In this document: positions 8,278-16,828 of the stretch, piece after piece
Layout: each line of letters opens with the position of its first letter
Numbering within the stretch: the first letter of the stretch is position 1
Source of the DNA: Gaiella sp.
Lineage (GTDB): Bacteria; Actinomycetota; Thermoleophilia; Gaiellales; Gaiellaceae
Direction of reading: 5' to 3'
DNA: 64,000 nt
Assembly (NCBI GenBank): GCA_036406535.1
Contig: DASXAW010000122.1
Location: forward strand, 231-64,230
Notes under the pieces: model-generated
What the model was told of the DNA's origin: nothing
Seen by the model: the letters and a program-made list of their open reading frames with translations, nothing else
Database searches by the model: none
Program-made: the position numbers and the translations under genes

Positions 8278-9398
8278 TTGGCCTCCTCCCCGCCCACGTA
8301 GGCGACGAGCGCGTCGATCTCCTCACTGGACAGGCTGTCTTTGAAGTTCTGCGGCATGACGCCGGGTTGATACCCCTCGACGACGACCGCGTTCGGCTCT
8401 TCGATCGACTGGCGGACGTAGTCGGGAACCGACTCGCCCGCCTTCTGCGCGGCGGCCGTGAGGTCGTCGAGCGACGGGCCGACCTGCGCGTCCGTCCCGG
8501 CCTTCTCGAACGCGTGGCACGCGCCGCAGCCGGCCGAGGCGAACGTCTTGGCGCCGAGCTCCTCGTCGGGGTTCGTGGTGGAGCCCCCGGTGGTCTCGCC
8601 GCCCGTCGTCTCACCGCCGGTCGTCTCGCCCCCGGTCGTAGCGCCTCCCGTCGTCCCGCCTGCACCGCCGCCGCCCGCGCCGCCACCGCCGGCCGAGGCT
8701 CGCTGCTTCGAGAGCCACGTCTGGAACGCGGCCGGCTCGAGCACACGGACCGGTGCGCGCATCGTCGCGTGCCCCAGGCCGCAGAGCTCGGTGCAGATCA
8801 GCGTGAACGTCCCGGTCCTCGTCGGCGTGATGACGATCTCCGTCTGGATCCCCGGCACGACGTCCTGCTTCTGCCCCATCTGCGGGATCCACAACGAGTG
8901 GATTACGTCCGCCGAGGTCATGTCGAACTTGACGTGGCGATGGAGCGGCATCACCAGCTCGTCGGAGCGGACGTTGCCGGGGTAGACGAAGCGCCACGCA
9001 AACTGCTGGGCGAACACCTTGATCCGGAGCGGGTTCGCGCCCGCGTCGGCGTTCTTCGAGAGCACGACGGCGCTGACGACGCCGATCGCGATCACGAGGA
9101 TCGCCGGGACCACCGTCCAGATCACCTCGAGCCGGGTGTTCCCGTGAATCGGAGGCCCGTCGGTGTCGTCGTCGGGCTGCGCCCTGAACGCGATGACGCA
9201 GTACACGATCACCGCGATGACGAGCGAGAAGATCGCGATGCAGATCACGGTCGCGAACCAGTACGTGAACGTGATCCGGTCCATCTCCTCGGACGCGGAG
9301 GTCGGCAGCCAGCGGATGAAGTATGCGATCGCTGTCGTGATCACGGCCGCTACGACGGCGATGCCGAGCATCTTCACGATCGCGCTCCTGCGGGGCAC
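8274..9398 (-). CDS. ctaC: Cytochrome c oxidase subunit II with fused C-terminal cytochrome c (caa3 type)
   Basis: LEVIWT, DVIHS, CuA motif CTELCGLGHATM, C-terminal CGACH...VMP. Confidence 0.95.
   Translation of the reverse strand: MPRRSAIVKMLGIAVVAAVITTAIAYFIRWLPTSASEEMDRITFTYWFATVICIAIFSLVIAVIVYCVIAFRAQPDDDTDGPPIHGNTRLEVIWTVVPAILVIAIGVVSAVVLSKNADAGANPLRIKVFAQQFAWRFVYPGNVRSDELVMPLHRHVKFDMTSADVIHSLWIPQMGQKQDVVPGIQTEIVITPTRTGTFTLICTELCGLGHATMRAPVRVLEPAAFQTWLSKQRASAGGGGAGGGGAGGTTGGATTGGETTGGETTGGETTGGSTTNPDEELGAKTFASAGCGACHAFEKAGTDAQVGPSLDDLTAAAQKAGESVPDYVRQSIEEPNAVVVEGYQPGVMPQNFKDSLSSEEIDALVAYVGGEEAK
8585..8660 (-). repeat. Degenerate 15-nt tandem repeat encoding a GGxTT linker
   Basis: GGTTGGATTGGETTGGETTGGETTGGSTT in CtaC between the CuA and cytochrome c domains; boundaries approximate. 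Confidence 0.7.
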
Positions 9399-9502
9399 CG
9401 TGCGACACTACCAACGGCGCGAGAGCCCCGAACGGGTAGCCGACACCTGTCGAACCGGCCCGGAATCGGGCCGCTGGGCGGGCGCTATCCTTCGCCCCTC
9501 GC

Positions 9503-9575
9503 GGGCCGTTAGCTCAGCTGGTAGAGCAGGGGACTCTTAATCCCAAGGTCGAAGGTTCGAATCCTTCACGGCCCA
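9503..9575 (+). tRNA. tRNA-Lys (CTT)
   Basis: Acceptor GGGCCGT/ACGGCCC, D-arm TAGCTCAGCTGGTAGAGC, anticodon loop CT-CTT-AA, T-loop GTTCGAAT; CCA not encoded. Confidence 0.97.
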
Positions 9576-10876
9576 CTTCCGCTCGCCGCGGGATCGGTTC
9601 CGATCGGCTCGCGCTGCGTCTTCGACCAGTCCCGGCGCTGGGCGACGACCCGGGCTGTCGAGCGGAGGAGCACCGGCCACAGGAACCACGTATAGAGCGC
9701 GTAGACGTGACCGATCAGGAAGCCCATGATCCAGCCGCGCGGCCCAGCGGAGAGGCGCGCGGCGATGCAGCCGAGGATCGTCCCGCCGAACGCCAGCACC
9801 CAGAAGAGGATCAGCGTCCAGCCGGGGCCGTCGCCCCAGAACGGCGCGACCCCGAGCAGCATGAGGACGAGCGCGGTGAAGAACGATGCCCCGATGATCC
9901 CCTGCCACAGGGGCATGAGCAGGTAGGCGACCTGCTCCAGCCGGACGCCGAGGGGAAGCCGTGCGGAGACGACCTCGTCGATCAGGCCGAGCGCCTGCAG
10001 GTTGCCCTGCGACCAGCGTGTCCGTTGACGGAAGAGCGGCCGCACCGCCGAGAGTCCCTGCTGGTCGACTGTCGCCCGCAGCTCCTGGCGGCCCTCCCAG
10101 CCGTGCGCGATCAGGCGGAGGCCGAGATCCTGGTCCTCGGTGAGCCGGTCGCGCCATGGGCCGTCGGCGTCGGCCAGGGCGTCGAGGGCGGAGAGGCGGT
10201 TGAACTGGCCGTTCCCGCCCATCCCGGCGGTCCCCCAGCCGTTGCGGCCGGCCTGGAACAGATGGCCGTACACCGAGAACTCGACGTTCTGACACCAGGT
10301 CAGGAGCCGATGCCGGTTGTAGATGCGGACGAGCGACTGGACGCCGCCGACGGAGGGCTCGGCGAACTGAGAGGCGGCGTACCGCGGCGCCTCGGGGTCG
10401 AGGCGGCCGTCGGCGTCGACGATCGCCACGATCACCGCGCTCCGGTCGGCCTCGCCCAGCATCCCGGCGAGCGCGCGGAAGGCGCTGTTGAGCGCCGCCG
10501 CCTTGCCGCGCCGTGCGTTCGGCAGGTCGCGTCTGAGCACGCGGAGATCGGCGTGATGGTCGAGCTCGGCGAGGATCTCCGGCGTCGTGTCGTCGGAGGC
10601 GTCGTCGATGACGACGATCAGCCGGTGCGCGACGGGGACGGCGAGCAGCCTCGTGACGCTGTCGCGAATCGTCACCTCCTCGTTCAGAGCCGGGACGAGG
10701 AAGACCCAGGTGAACGCGTCCGCACCGTCCGGGGTCGCGGCGGGCGGCCGGGCGCCGCTGCCCGCCGCGCGGACGAAGAGCAGGAGCACCCACGCGTCGA
10801 CCGCGATCACGACCGTCAGCGCGACCCAGAACAGCGCCTGCGCGGGGCCGGGAAGACCGGCGAAGGGCGTGATCAG
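9566..10876 (-). CDS. Processive family-2 glycosyltransferase (cellulose/PNAG-synthase-like)
   Basis: VPALNEE, DDASDD, GKAAALN, DAD, LTED, QRTRW motifs and TM helices. Start uncertain (CTG overlapping the wecB stop). Confidence 0.85.
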   Translation of the reverse strand: MITPFAGLPGPAQALFWVALTVVIAVDAWVLLLFVRAAGSGARPPAATPDGADAFTWVFLVPALNEEVTIRDSVTRLLAVPVAHRLIVVIDDASDDTTPEILAELDHHADLRVLRRDLPNARRGKAAALNSAFRALAGMLGEADRSAVIVAIVDADGRLDPEAPRYAASQFAEPSVGGVQSLVRIYNRHRLLTWCQNVEFSVYGHLFQAGRNGWGTAGMGGNGQFNRLSALDALADADGPWRDRLTEDQDLGLRLIAHGWEGRQELRATVDQQGLSAVRPLFRQRTRWSQGNLQALGLIDEVVSARLPLGVRLEQVAYLLMPLWQGIIGASFFTALVLMLLGVAPFWGDGPGWTLILFWVLAFGGTILGCIAARLSAGPRGWIMGFLIGHVYALYTWFLWPVLLRSTARVVAQRRDWSKTQREPIGTDPAASGSGP

Positions 10877-12252
10877 ACCAAGGGAGATGGATCGTCCTCG
10901 AAGTCGACCGTGGGCTCGGGCTCGACGAGGGACGTCGGCACCGGCACCTCCAGGCCGGACGCGCGCACGACCTCCGCCCGACTGTAGCCGGGGCCGAACT
11001 GCTGCGGAGGCTCGCCGCCGAGCAACACGTGCTCGAGCGCCCGGACGATCCGGTCGGCGGCCATCCCGTCGCCGTACGGGTTCGGCGCCTCGGCCATGTC
11101 CGCGTACGCGATCGGGTCGGTCAGCAGGCGCATCCCTTCGAGGAAGATCAGCTCGGGATCCGTCCCGACGAGGCGCAGCGTGCCCGCCTCGATTCCCTCG
11201 CCTCGCTCCGTCATCTCGCGCACCACGAGGACCGGCTTCCCGAGCGACGGCGCCTCCTCCTGGATCCCGCCGGAGTCGGTGATCACGAAGTACGAGCGGG
11301 CCAGCAGCCGCGCGAAGGTCGCGTACCCGAGCGGCTCCGTGAGGAGCACGTTGTCGACGCCGGAGAGGCGCTCGGTGAGCGCGTCCCGCACCCGCGGGTT
11401 CGGATGGAGAGGCAGCACGACCGAGACATCCGGAACCTCGGTCGCGAGGCGCCGGATCCCCTCCGCGATCCCGGTGAGACCCGCGCCCCAGCTCTCGCGG
11501 CGGTGGGCGGTGACGACGACGATGCGCCGATCGCTGTCGTAGAGCTCCTGGAGTTCCTGGTTCGCGAAGCGGACGTCGATCTTCGACGCCCACTGCAGGG
11601 CGTCGATCCCGGTGTTGCCGGTGACGAAGATCTGGCCGATCGGGACGTTCTCGCGGACGAGGTTCTGGAGGTTCTTCGAGGTCGGCGCGAAATGCAGACC
11701 GGCGATCGAGGAGATGAGCTGCCGGTTCAGCTCCTCCGGGAACGGCGTGCGGTTGTTGCCGCCGGTCCGGAGGCCGGCCTCAACGTGCAGGACGGGGATG
11801 TGCAGGTGGAACGCCGACAGCGCAGCCGCCATCGCCGACGTCGTGTCGCCGTGGACGAGGACCGCGGCGGGGAAGCGGCCGTTGAGGATCTCCTCGGGGC
11901 CGGCGGGATGATCGGAATGCACGTCGAACCGCTCGGTGCAGAAGTCGTCGAAGCGTCTCACGACCGAGGCGATGCGCTCGTTGAGGTGCGCGCGCTTCGA
12001 TCCGGCCCACAGCACGACGTCGGGCGTGATGCCGGCCAGCTCGAAGATGTAGGCGACCATCCGGTGGTGCTGGCCCGTGGAGACCACGAGGGGCTCGTAG
12101 TGCTCGCTCTCGCGGAGCCGGAGGATGATCGGGACGAGCTTGATCGCCTCCGGGCGCGTGCCGACGACGATCGGCACGACGAGCCGGGAGGCGCGCGGCC
12201 GCTTGCGGGTCTCGGACTGGAGACCCGAGCTGATTGCGTGGTGATCGAACAT
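10873..12252 (-). CDS. wecB: UDP-N-acetylglucosamine 2-epimerase (non-hydrolysing), paralog 1
   Basis: GTRPEAIK, TGQH, HGDT, HVEAGLR, PFPEE, HRRES, TDSGGIQEEAP, NPYGDG. Start may be 12288. Confidence 0.92.
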   Translation of the reverse strand: MFDHHAISSGLQSETRKRPRASRLVVPIVVGTRPEAIKLVPIILRLRESEHYEPLVVSTGQHHRMVAYIFELAGITPDVVLWAGSKRAHLNERIASVVRRFDDFCTERFDVHSDHPAGPEEILNGRFPAAVLVHGDTTSAMAAALSAFHLHIPVLHVEAGLRTGGNNRTPFPEELNRQLISSIAGLHFAPTSKNLQNLVRENVPIGQIFVTGNTGIDALQWASKIDVRFANQELQELYDSDRRIVVVTAHRRESWGAGLTGIAEGIRRLATEVPDVSVVLPLHPNPRVRDALTERLSGVDNVLLTEPLGYATFARLLARSYFVITDSGGIQEEAPSLGKPVLVVREMTERGEGIEAGTLRLVGTDPELIFLEGMRLLTDPIAYADMAEAPNPYGDGMAADRIVRALEHVLLGGEPPQQFGPGYSRAEVVRASGLEVPVPTSLVEPEPTVDFEDDPSPLV

Positions 12253-12353
12253 CGGGGGGATCCGGCTTCGGAGGAGCCTCGTCTCCATATCGGCCGGATC
12301 TCCGCAAGCCTTAACGGCAACGAGCGGATCCGCTGCGCGCCGGGACGGTCGGG

Positions 12354-13736
12354 TCAGGATTCCGGCTCGACGCGGTCGGATCCGTGCCACGCCGCATCGA
12401 GGAGCAGTGGCACGAGCCCCGCCGAGACGACCACCAGCGATCCGCACAGGCGTACGAGCAGGTTCACGCCCTCGTCCTGCTCGTACGGGAGCTCGAGCTC
12501 GGTGAACGACCAGAGCACCCACACGAACCCGGCGGCGACGAGGCCATAGACGAGCGCGGCGTAGGCCGGAAGGACACGCGCCCCTCCGACGAACGCCAGC
12601 ACGACCGCGACGGCTCCCAGCGGCAGCGCGAAGAGCCAGAGCCCCAGGTCGAGGAGCGCCTCGACGACGGACTGGAGCGCAGGCCACGGGCGATCGAGAT
12701 GGTCGAACAGGCCGAGGAACCCGCTCGCCGGCAGCTCGCCGGTCAGATCGCGGGAGCTGAACCAGAGCCGCCACGGGAGCGCAAGGGCCAGTGCGCACCC
12801 ACCGGCGAGCGCGAGCCGCGGCCAGGCGGCCCGACGCGTGCCCCACGACGCTGCAAGCGCCGCGACGACGACGCAAGCGGCGAGGAGCTGCCCTTCGCGC
12901 TTCGTCAGCATCGCGGCCGCGAGGAAGAGCGACGCGGTAGGCAGCTGCCACGCCCGTCGCTCGACGAGCCAGAGCGCCACCAGGAGCGCGGCGAGGGCGA
13001 AGAAGTAGTCGAGGAGGAAGTCCGCCTGGGGCTCGAGCGAGCGTGCGACGACCCTCGGGGCGACGAGGACGAGGAGCAGAACGGGCCACAACAGCGTCGG
13101 GCGGACGCGCGGGCCGAGCAGACCCGCGACCGCCGCGACGAAGCCCGTGAGGAAGAACCAGAACTGGACGTGCAACGTAACGGTGTCGGCCGACCCCATC
13201 GCGTGGAAGGCCGCGGCCTCGAGCGTGGGCACGAGCGGCGGGTAGGTCGGCGCCGCGAGCTCGCGGAAGAACTGCTCGTCGAGGCCCCCGAAGAAGTAGA
13301 TCGCCTTCGCCTTGGGAACCCAGAACGCCCAGCCGTCGAAGTTGGACAGCGGCGCGAGCCGACCGGCGCGGAACAGCGCCTCGAGGTACACGCCGACGAG
13401 GGCGACGTACGACACGGCGACGAGACCGAGCCCGCGCCTGCGGCCGTCCCGGAGGCGCGGCGGCGGACGGCCGAGGGCACGTCCGAGCCCGAGCCCGGCG
13501 ACGGCGAGCCCGGCGCAGGTGAGGACGATCGTCGTGCGGCCGTACGACACGCCGGCGACGAGCAGCAGCGTCGACGCGACGCCCAGCGCGGCGACGCCGA
13601 CCATGTACGCGAGGCCGGACAGTCGCGCGACCTCCGCCCAGCTGCGGAGGCCGCGCACGCCCCAGAGCAGGCAGCTGCCCATGGCGAGCACGACGACGTT
13701 CGCGGCGGCCAGCCCGAGCAGCGCCCGGACAGTCAT
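12354..13736 (-). CDS. Polytopic membrane protein, probable GT-C fold glycosyltransferase
   Basis: About 12 TM helices; loop DGWAFWVPKAKAIY...YPPLVP; TKREG motif. Function is inferred. Confidence 0.6.
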   Translation of the reverse strand: MTVRALLGLAAANVVVLAMGSCLLWGVRGLRSWAEVARLSGLAYMVGVAALGVASTLLLVAGVSYGRTTIVLTCAGLAVAGLGLGRALGRPPPRLRDGRRRGLGLVAVSYVALVGVYLEALFRAGRLAPLSNFDGWAFWVPKAKAIYFFGGLDEQFFRELAAPTYPPLVPTLEAAAFHAMGSADTVTLHVQFWFFLTGFVAAVAGLLGPRVRPTLLWPVLLLVLVAPRVVARSLEPQADFLLDYFFALAALLVALWLVERRAWQLPTASLFLAAAMLTKREGQLLAACVVVAALAASWGTRRAAWPRLALAGGCALALALPWRLWFSSRDLTGELPASGFLGLFDHLDRPWPALQSVVEALLDLGLWLFALPLGAVAVVLAFVGGARVLPAYAALVYGLVAAGFVWVLWSFTELELPYEQDEGVNLLVRLCGSLVVVSAGLVPLLLDAAWHGSDRVEPES

Positions 13737-14278
13737 CCGGGCAGCAGGCCGAGCGCGATCCCGGCGTCGTTCTGCCAGACGACGTGGAGCTCGTCGCCGA
13801 AGCGCGAGAGGTCGCAGTCGTAACAGAGCACCCATCGGGCGTCGGGATCCGGCCGTCGCGGCATCAGGAAGTACCGGGCGAACTGGTCGACGTTCGGCGC
13901 GCTCGGGCCGACGACGAGGCGGTAGCTCGCGCGCTCCGGGATCCGGCCGCGCGCCTCGTCGAGCGCCGTCTGGTCGACCCCGATGGAGAGGCCGCCGCCG
14001 TACTGCCGGTCGTCGAAGCTCGTCGCGGCGTTGGTCCGCGCGTCGGCGCCCAGCCGGTCGACTGCCTTCACGAAGTAGACGGCTCCCACGACGAGCGTGA
14101 GCGCGATACACACGGCGACCCCGAGCCGGACCAGCCCGTGCGGCGGGTCCAGCCGTGGATCGATGCGACCGAGCTGCCGGCCGGCCCGGGCCGCGAGGCG
14201 GTCGGAGCGCCCTGGTGCCAAGAACCCAGGATACGACCGCCGCGGCGGTCGCAGGAGCCCGGCGACGCGTTGACCCAC
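13733..14278 (-). CDS. Hypothetical single-TM protein coupled to the GT-C gene
   Basis: ATGA overlap with the downstream gene; one TM helix then ...FARYFLMPRR. Start uncertain. Confidence 0.55.
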   Translation of the reverse strand: MGQRVAGLLRPPRRSYPGFLAPGRSDRLAARAGRQLGRIDPRLDPPHGLVRLGVAVCIALTLVVGAVYFVKAVDRLGADARTNAATSFDDRQYGGGLSIGVDQTALDEARGRIPERASYRLVVGPSAPNVDQFARYFLMPRRPDPDARWVLCYDCDLSRFGDELHVVWQNDAGIALGLLPG

Positions 14279-14336
14279 GTGAGCGAGGGGAGATAATCCC
14301 GCGGGTGCAGCGTCACGGCGACCGACGGGCACCACG

Positions 14337-15314
14337 CTGAGCGCGTCGCCGACCCACGCCTCACGGAGGACGGTCGAGACGGTCCGCGGCCCTGTGTCGC
14401 TCGAGGCGCTCGGCCCGACCCTGATGCACGAGCACGTGTTCATCCTCGATCCGGGCGCGCTCGCGAGCTTCGGCACGCATTTCGGAGCGAGCTACTGGGA
14501 CGAGGAGGCACGCGTCGCCGCGGCGATCGCGGAGCTCCGGAGGCTGCGCGAGGCGGGCATCGAGACGATCGTCGATCCGACCGCATACGGCCTCGGCCGC
14601 GACATCCCGCGCATCCAGCGGGTGAACGAGGGCGTCGACCTGAACATCGTCGTCGCGACGGGCGTGTACGCGTTCGTCGAGCTACCGGGCTTTCTCGGCT
14701 ACCGGACCGACGACTGGATCGTCGACCTCTTCGTGCACGAGATCCGGCAGGGCATCGGGGACACGGGGGTCAAGGCAGGGTTCCTCAAGTGCGCGGTCGA
14801 CCGCCACGGGCTCGTGGGAGACGTCCCGCGGATCCTCTCGCTCGTCGCCGCCGCCGCCGTCGAAACCGATGCGCCGGTGATGGTGCACACGCACGCGGCG
14901 ACGCACAGCGGCCTCGTCGCACTCGACGCGCTCGTGCGCGAAGGGGTCGACCCGCGGCGCGTGGTGGTCGCGCACGCCGGCGACAGCAACGACCTCGGCT
15001 ACCTGCGCTCGCTCGCCGACACGGGGGCGAGCCTTGGCTGCGACCGGTTCAACATCGAGCACTTCAACCCGGACGAGGACCGGATACGGACGCTCGTCGC
15101 GCTCGTCGAGGCGGATTACCTCGACCGGATCCACCTCGGCCACGACGCCGCGACGTTCCACGACTTCATGATCGGCAACCCGCTGTTCGCGAACGAGCAC
15201 CCCGACTATCTGCACCTCTCCACGCGAATCCTGCCGCGGCTCCTCGAGGCCGGCGTCTCGCAACAGCAGATCGACGAGATGCTCGTCGAGAACCCACGGC
15301 GCTTCTTCGCCTGA
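14337..15314 (+). CDS. Phosphotriesterase-like lactonase
   Basis: VETVRGPV...TLMHEH, DPT, GRD, ATG, carboxylated-Lys context GFLKCA, HT, AH, GHD. The conserved N-terminus lies upstream of GTG 14394, so CTG 14337 is proposed. Confidence 0.88.
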   Translation: MSASPTHASRRTVETVRGPVSLEALGPTLMHEHVFILDPGALASFGTHFGASYWDEEARVAAAIAELRRLREAGIETIVDPTAYGLGRDIPRIQRVNEGVDLNIVVATGVYAFVELPGFLGYRTDDWIVDLFVHEIRQGIGDTGVKAGFLKCAVDRHGLVGDVPRILSLVAAAAVETDAPVMVHTHAATHSGLVALDALVREGVDPRRVVVAHAGDSNDLGYLRSLADTGASLGCDRFNIEHFNPDEDRIRTLVALVEADYLDRIHLGHDAATFHDFMIGNPLFANEHPDYLHLSTRILPRLLEAGVSQQQIDEMLVENPRRFFA

Positions 15315-15379
15315 TCGACGGGAGATCGCCCGGGCGCTGCGGAGGCCGGCCGCAACCGCGCTAGTACGCTGCCGCGCGG

Positions 15380-16411
15380 ATGAAGCTCGTCACGGTCGTC
15401 GGCAACCGGCCGCAGCTCGTCAAGGCTGCCCCACTCTCGATCGCGCTCCGCGAGGCGGGCATCGAGGAGGTCGTCGTCCACACCGGCCAGCACTGGGACG
15501 ACGACCTCTCGCAGGTGTTCATCGACGAGCTCCGACTGGACGAGCCCGCCTACCGGCTCGACCTCCGTACCGCGGACGTCGCCACGCTGACCCCGGCGAT
15601 TCGCGGCGTGCTCGAGGCCGAGCGACCCGACCTCGTGCTCGTCCTCGGCGACACGAACTCGACGCTCGCCGGCGCGCGCGCGGCGACCGAGGCGGGGCTT
15701 CGGGTGGCGCACGTGGAGGCAGGTCTGCGGAGCGGCGACCTGTCCATGCCCGAGGAGCGCGCCCGGATCGAGGTCGACCGCCTCGCGGCGCTGCTCCTCT
15801 GCCCCGACGAGCGGTCGGCCGAGACCCTTCGGGCCGAGGGCGCGACGGGCCGGGTCGAGGTCGTCGGAGACGTGATGGCCGACGCGACCCTGCGCTTCGC
15901 CCCCCTCGCGCGCGAGCGCGTGCCGCCGCCGCACGCTCCGAGCACGTACGTCGTCGCCACCGTGCACCGCGAGGCGAACGTGCGGCCCGAACGGCTGCGG
16001 CGGATCGCCGACGGCCTGTCGCGCCTCGACGAGCCGGTCGTCCTCCCCGCGCATCCGCGCACCGCCGCGACGCTCCGCGCCGAGCGCATCGCGCTCGGGC
16101 CGAACGTCGAGCTGCAGGGGCCGCTCGGGTATCTCGCCTTCGCGTCCGCGGCGTCGCAGGCGCGAGTGATCGCGACCGACTCGGGTGGGCTCCAGAAGGA
16201 GGCGTACTGGTACCGCGTTCCCTGCGTCACGATGCGCCCCTCCACCGAGTGGGTCGACACGGTCGCGGCGGGGGCGAACCTGCTCGTCGACGACGATCCC
16301 GCCGCGATCGCCGAGGCGGTCCGCGCCGCGACGTTCCCGCCGGAAGCGCCCCCGCTCTACGGCGACGGCCACGCGGCCTCACGTATCGCCGGCGTACTCC
16401 GGCGTGCATGA
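15380..16411 (+). CDS. wecB: UDP-GlcNAc 2-epimerase paralog 2 (WbpI-like subgroup)
   Basis: VGNRPQLVK, HTGQH, GDTNST, HVEAGLRS, MPEE, TDSGGLQKEA, YGDG. Confidence 0.9.
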   Translation: MKLVTVVGNRPQLVKAAPLSIALREAGIEEVVVHTGQHWDDDLSQVFIDELRLDEPAYRLDLRTADVATLTPAIRGVLEAERPDLVLVLGDTNSTLAGARAATEAGLRVAHVEAGLRSGDLSMPEERARIEVDRLAALLLCPDERSAETLRAEGATGRVEVVGDVMADATLRFAPLARERVPPPHAPSTYVVATVHREANVRPERLRRIADGLSRLDEPVVLPAHPRTAATLRAERIALGPNVELQGPLGYLAFASAASQARVIATDSGGLQKEAYWYRVPCVTMRPSTEWVDTVAAGANLLVDDDPAAIAEAVRAATFPPEAPPLYGDGHAASRIAGVLRRA

Positions 16412-16438
16412 TGTGACGACTCTGAAGAGGAGGAGACG

Positions 16439-16798
16439 ATGGCCGGCAAGCTGGTTCACTTCGAGCTTCCCGCAGGCGACGCCTCGCGGGCCAAGGAGTT
16501 CTGGAGCGGTGTCTTCGGGTGGGAGTTCGGCGACTCGGCGATGCCCGACATGGAGTACTACATGGTGCGCACCGGCGAGGACCAGGGCGGCGCCGTGCTG
16601 TCGTCCGAAGGGCCGTTCGGGATGGTCGTGTACTTCGACACCGACGACATCGACGCGTCGATCGCGAAGGTGCGGGAGCACGGCGGAAAGTCCGAGGACA
16701 AGATGGCGATCCCGCACATCGGCTGGTTCACGCACTGCACCGACACCGAGGGCAACGACTTCAGCCTCTTCCAGAGCGACGAGTCGGTCACGGGGTAA
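16439..16798 (+). CDS. VOC/glyoxalase family protein
   Basis: VHFEL...FWSGVFGWEF...YFDTDDID...DTEGNDFSL; strong SD GAGGAGG. Confidence 0.85.
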   Translation: MAGKLVHFELPAGDASRAKEFWSGVFGWEFGDSAMPDMEYYMVRTGEDQGGAVLSSEGPFGMVVYFDTDDIDASIAKVREHGGKSEDKMAIPHIGWFTHCTDTEGNDFSLFQSDESVTG

Positions 16799-16828
16799 CC
16801 GCCCCGCACGTCGCTACGATCCCGCCTT

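Noticed and set aside
5480-8746. 1088-aa ORF as a CtaD-USP fusion
   Set aside because: Only the last 289 aa are credible; the upstream part is an off-frame shadow of ctaD/ctaC.
9503-16000. Intact genomic island at tRNA-Lys
   Set aside because: No integrase and no duplicated tRNA 3' end found by eye.
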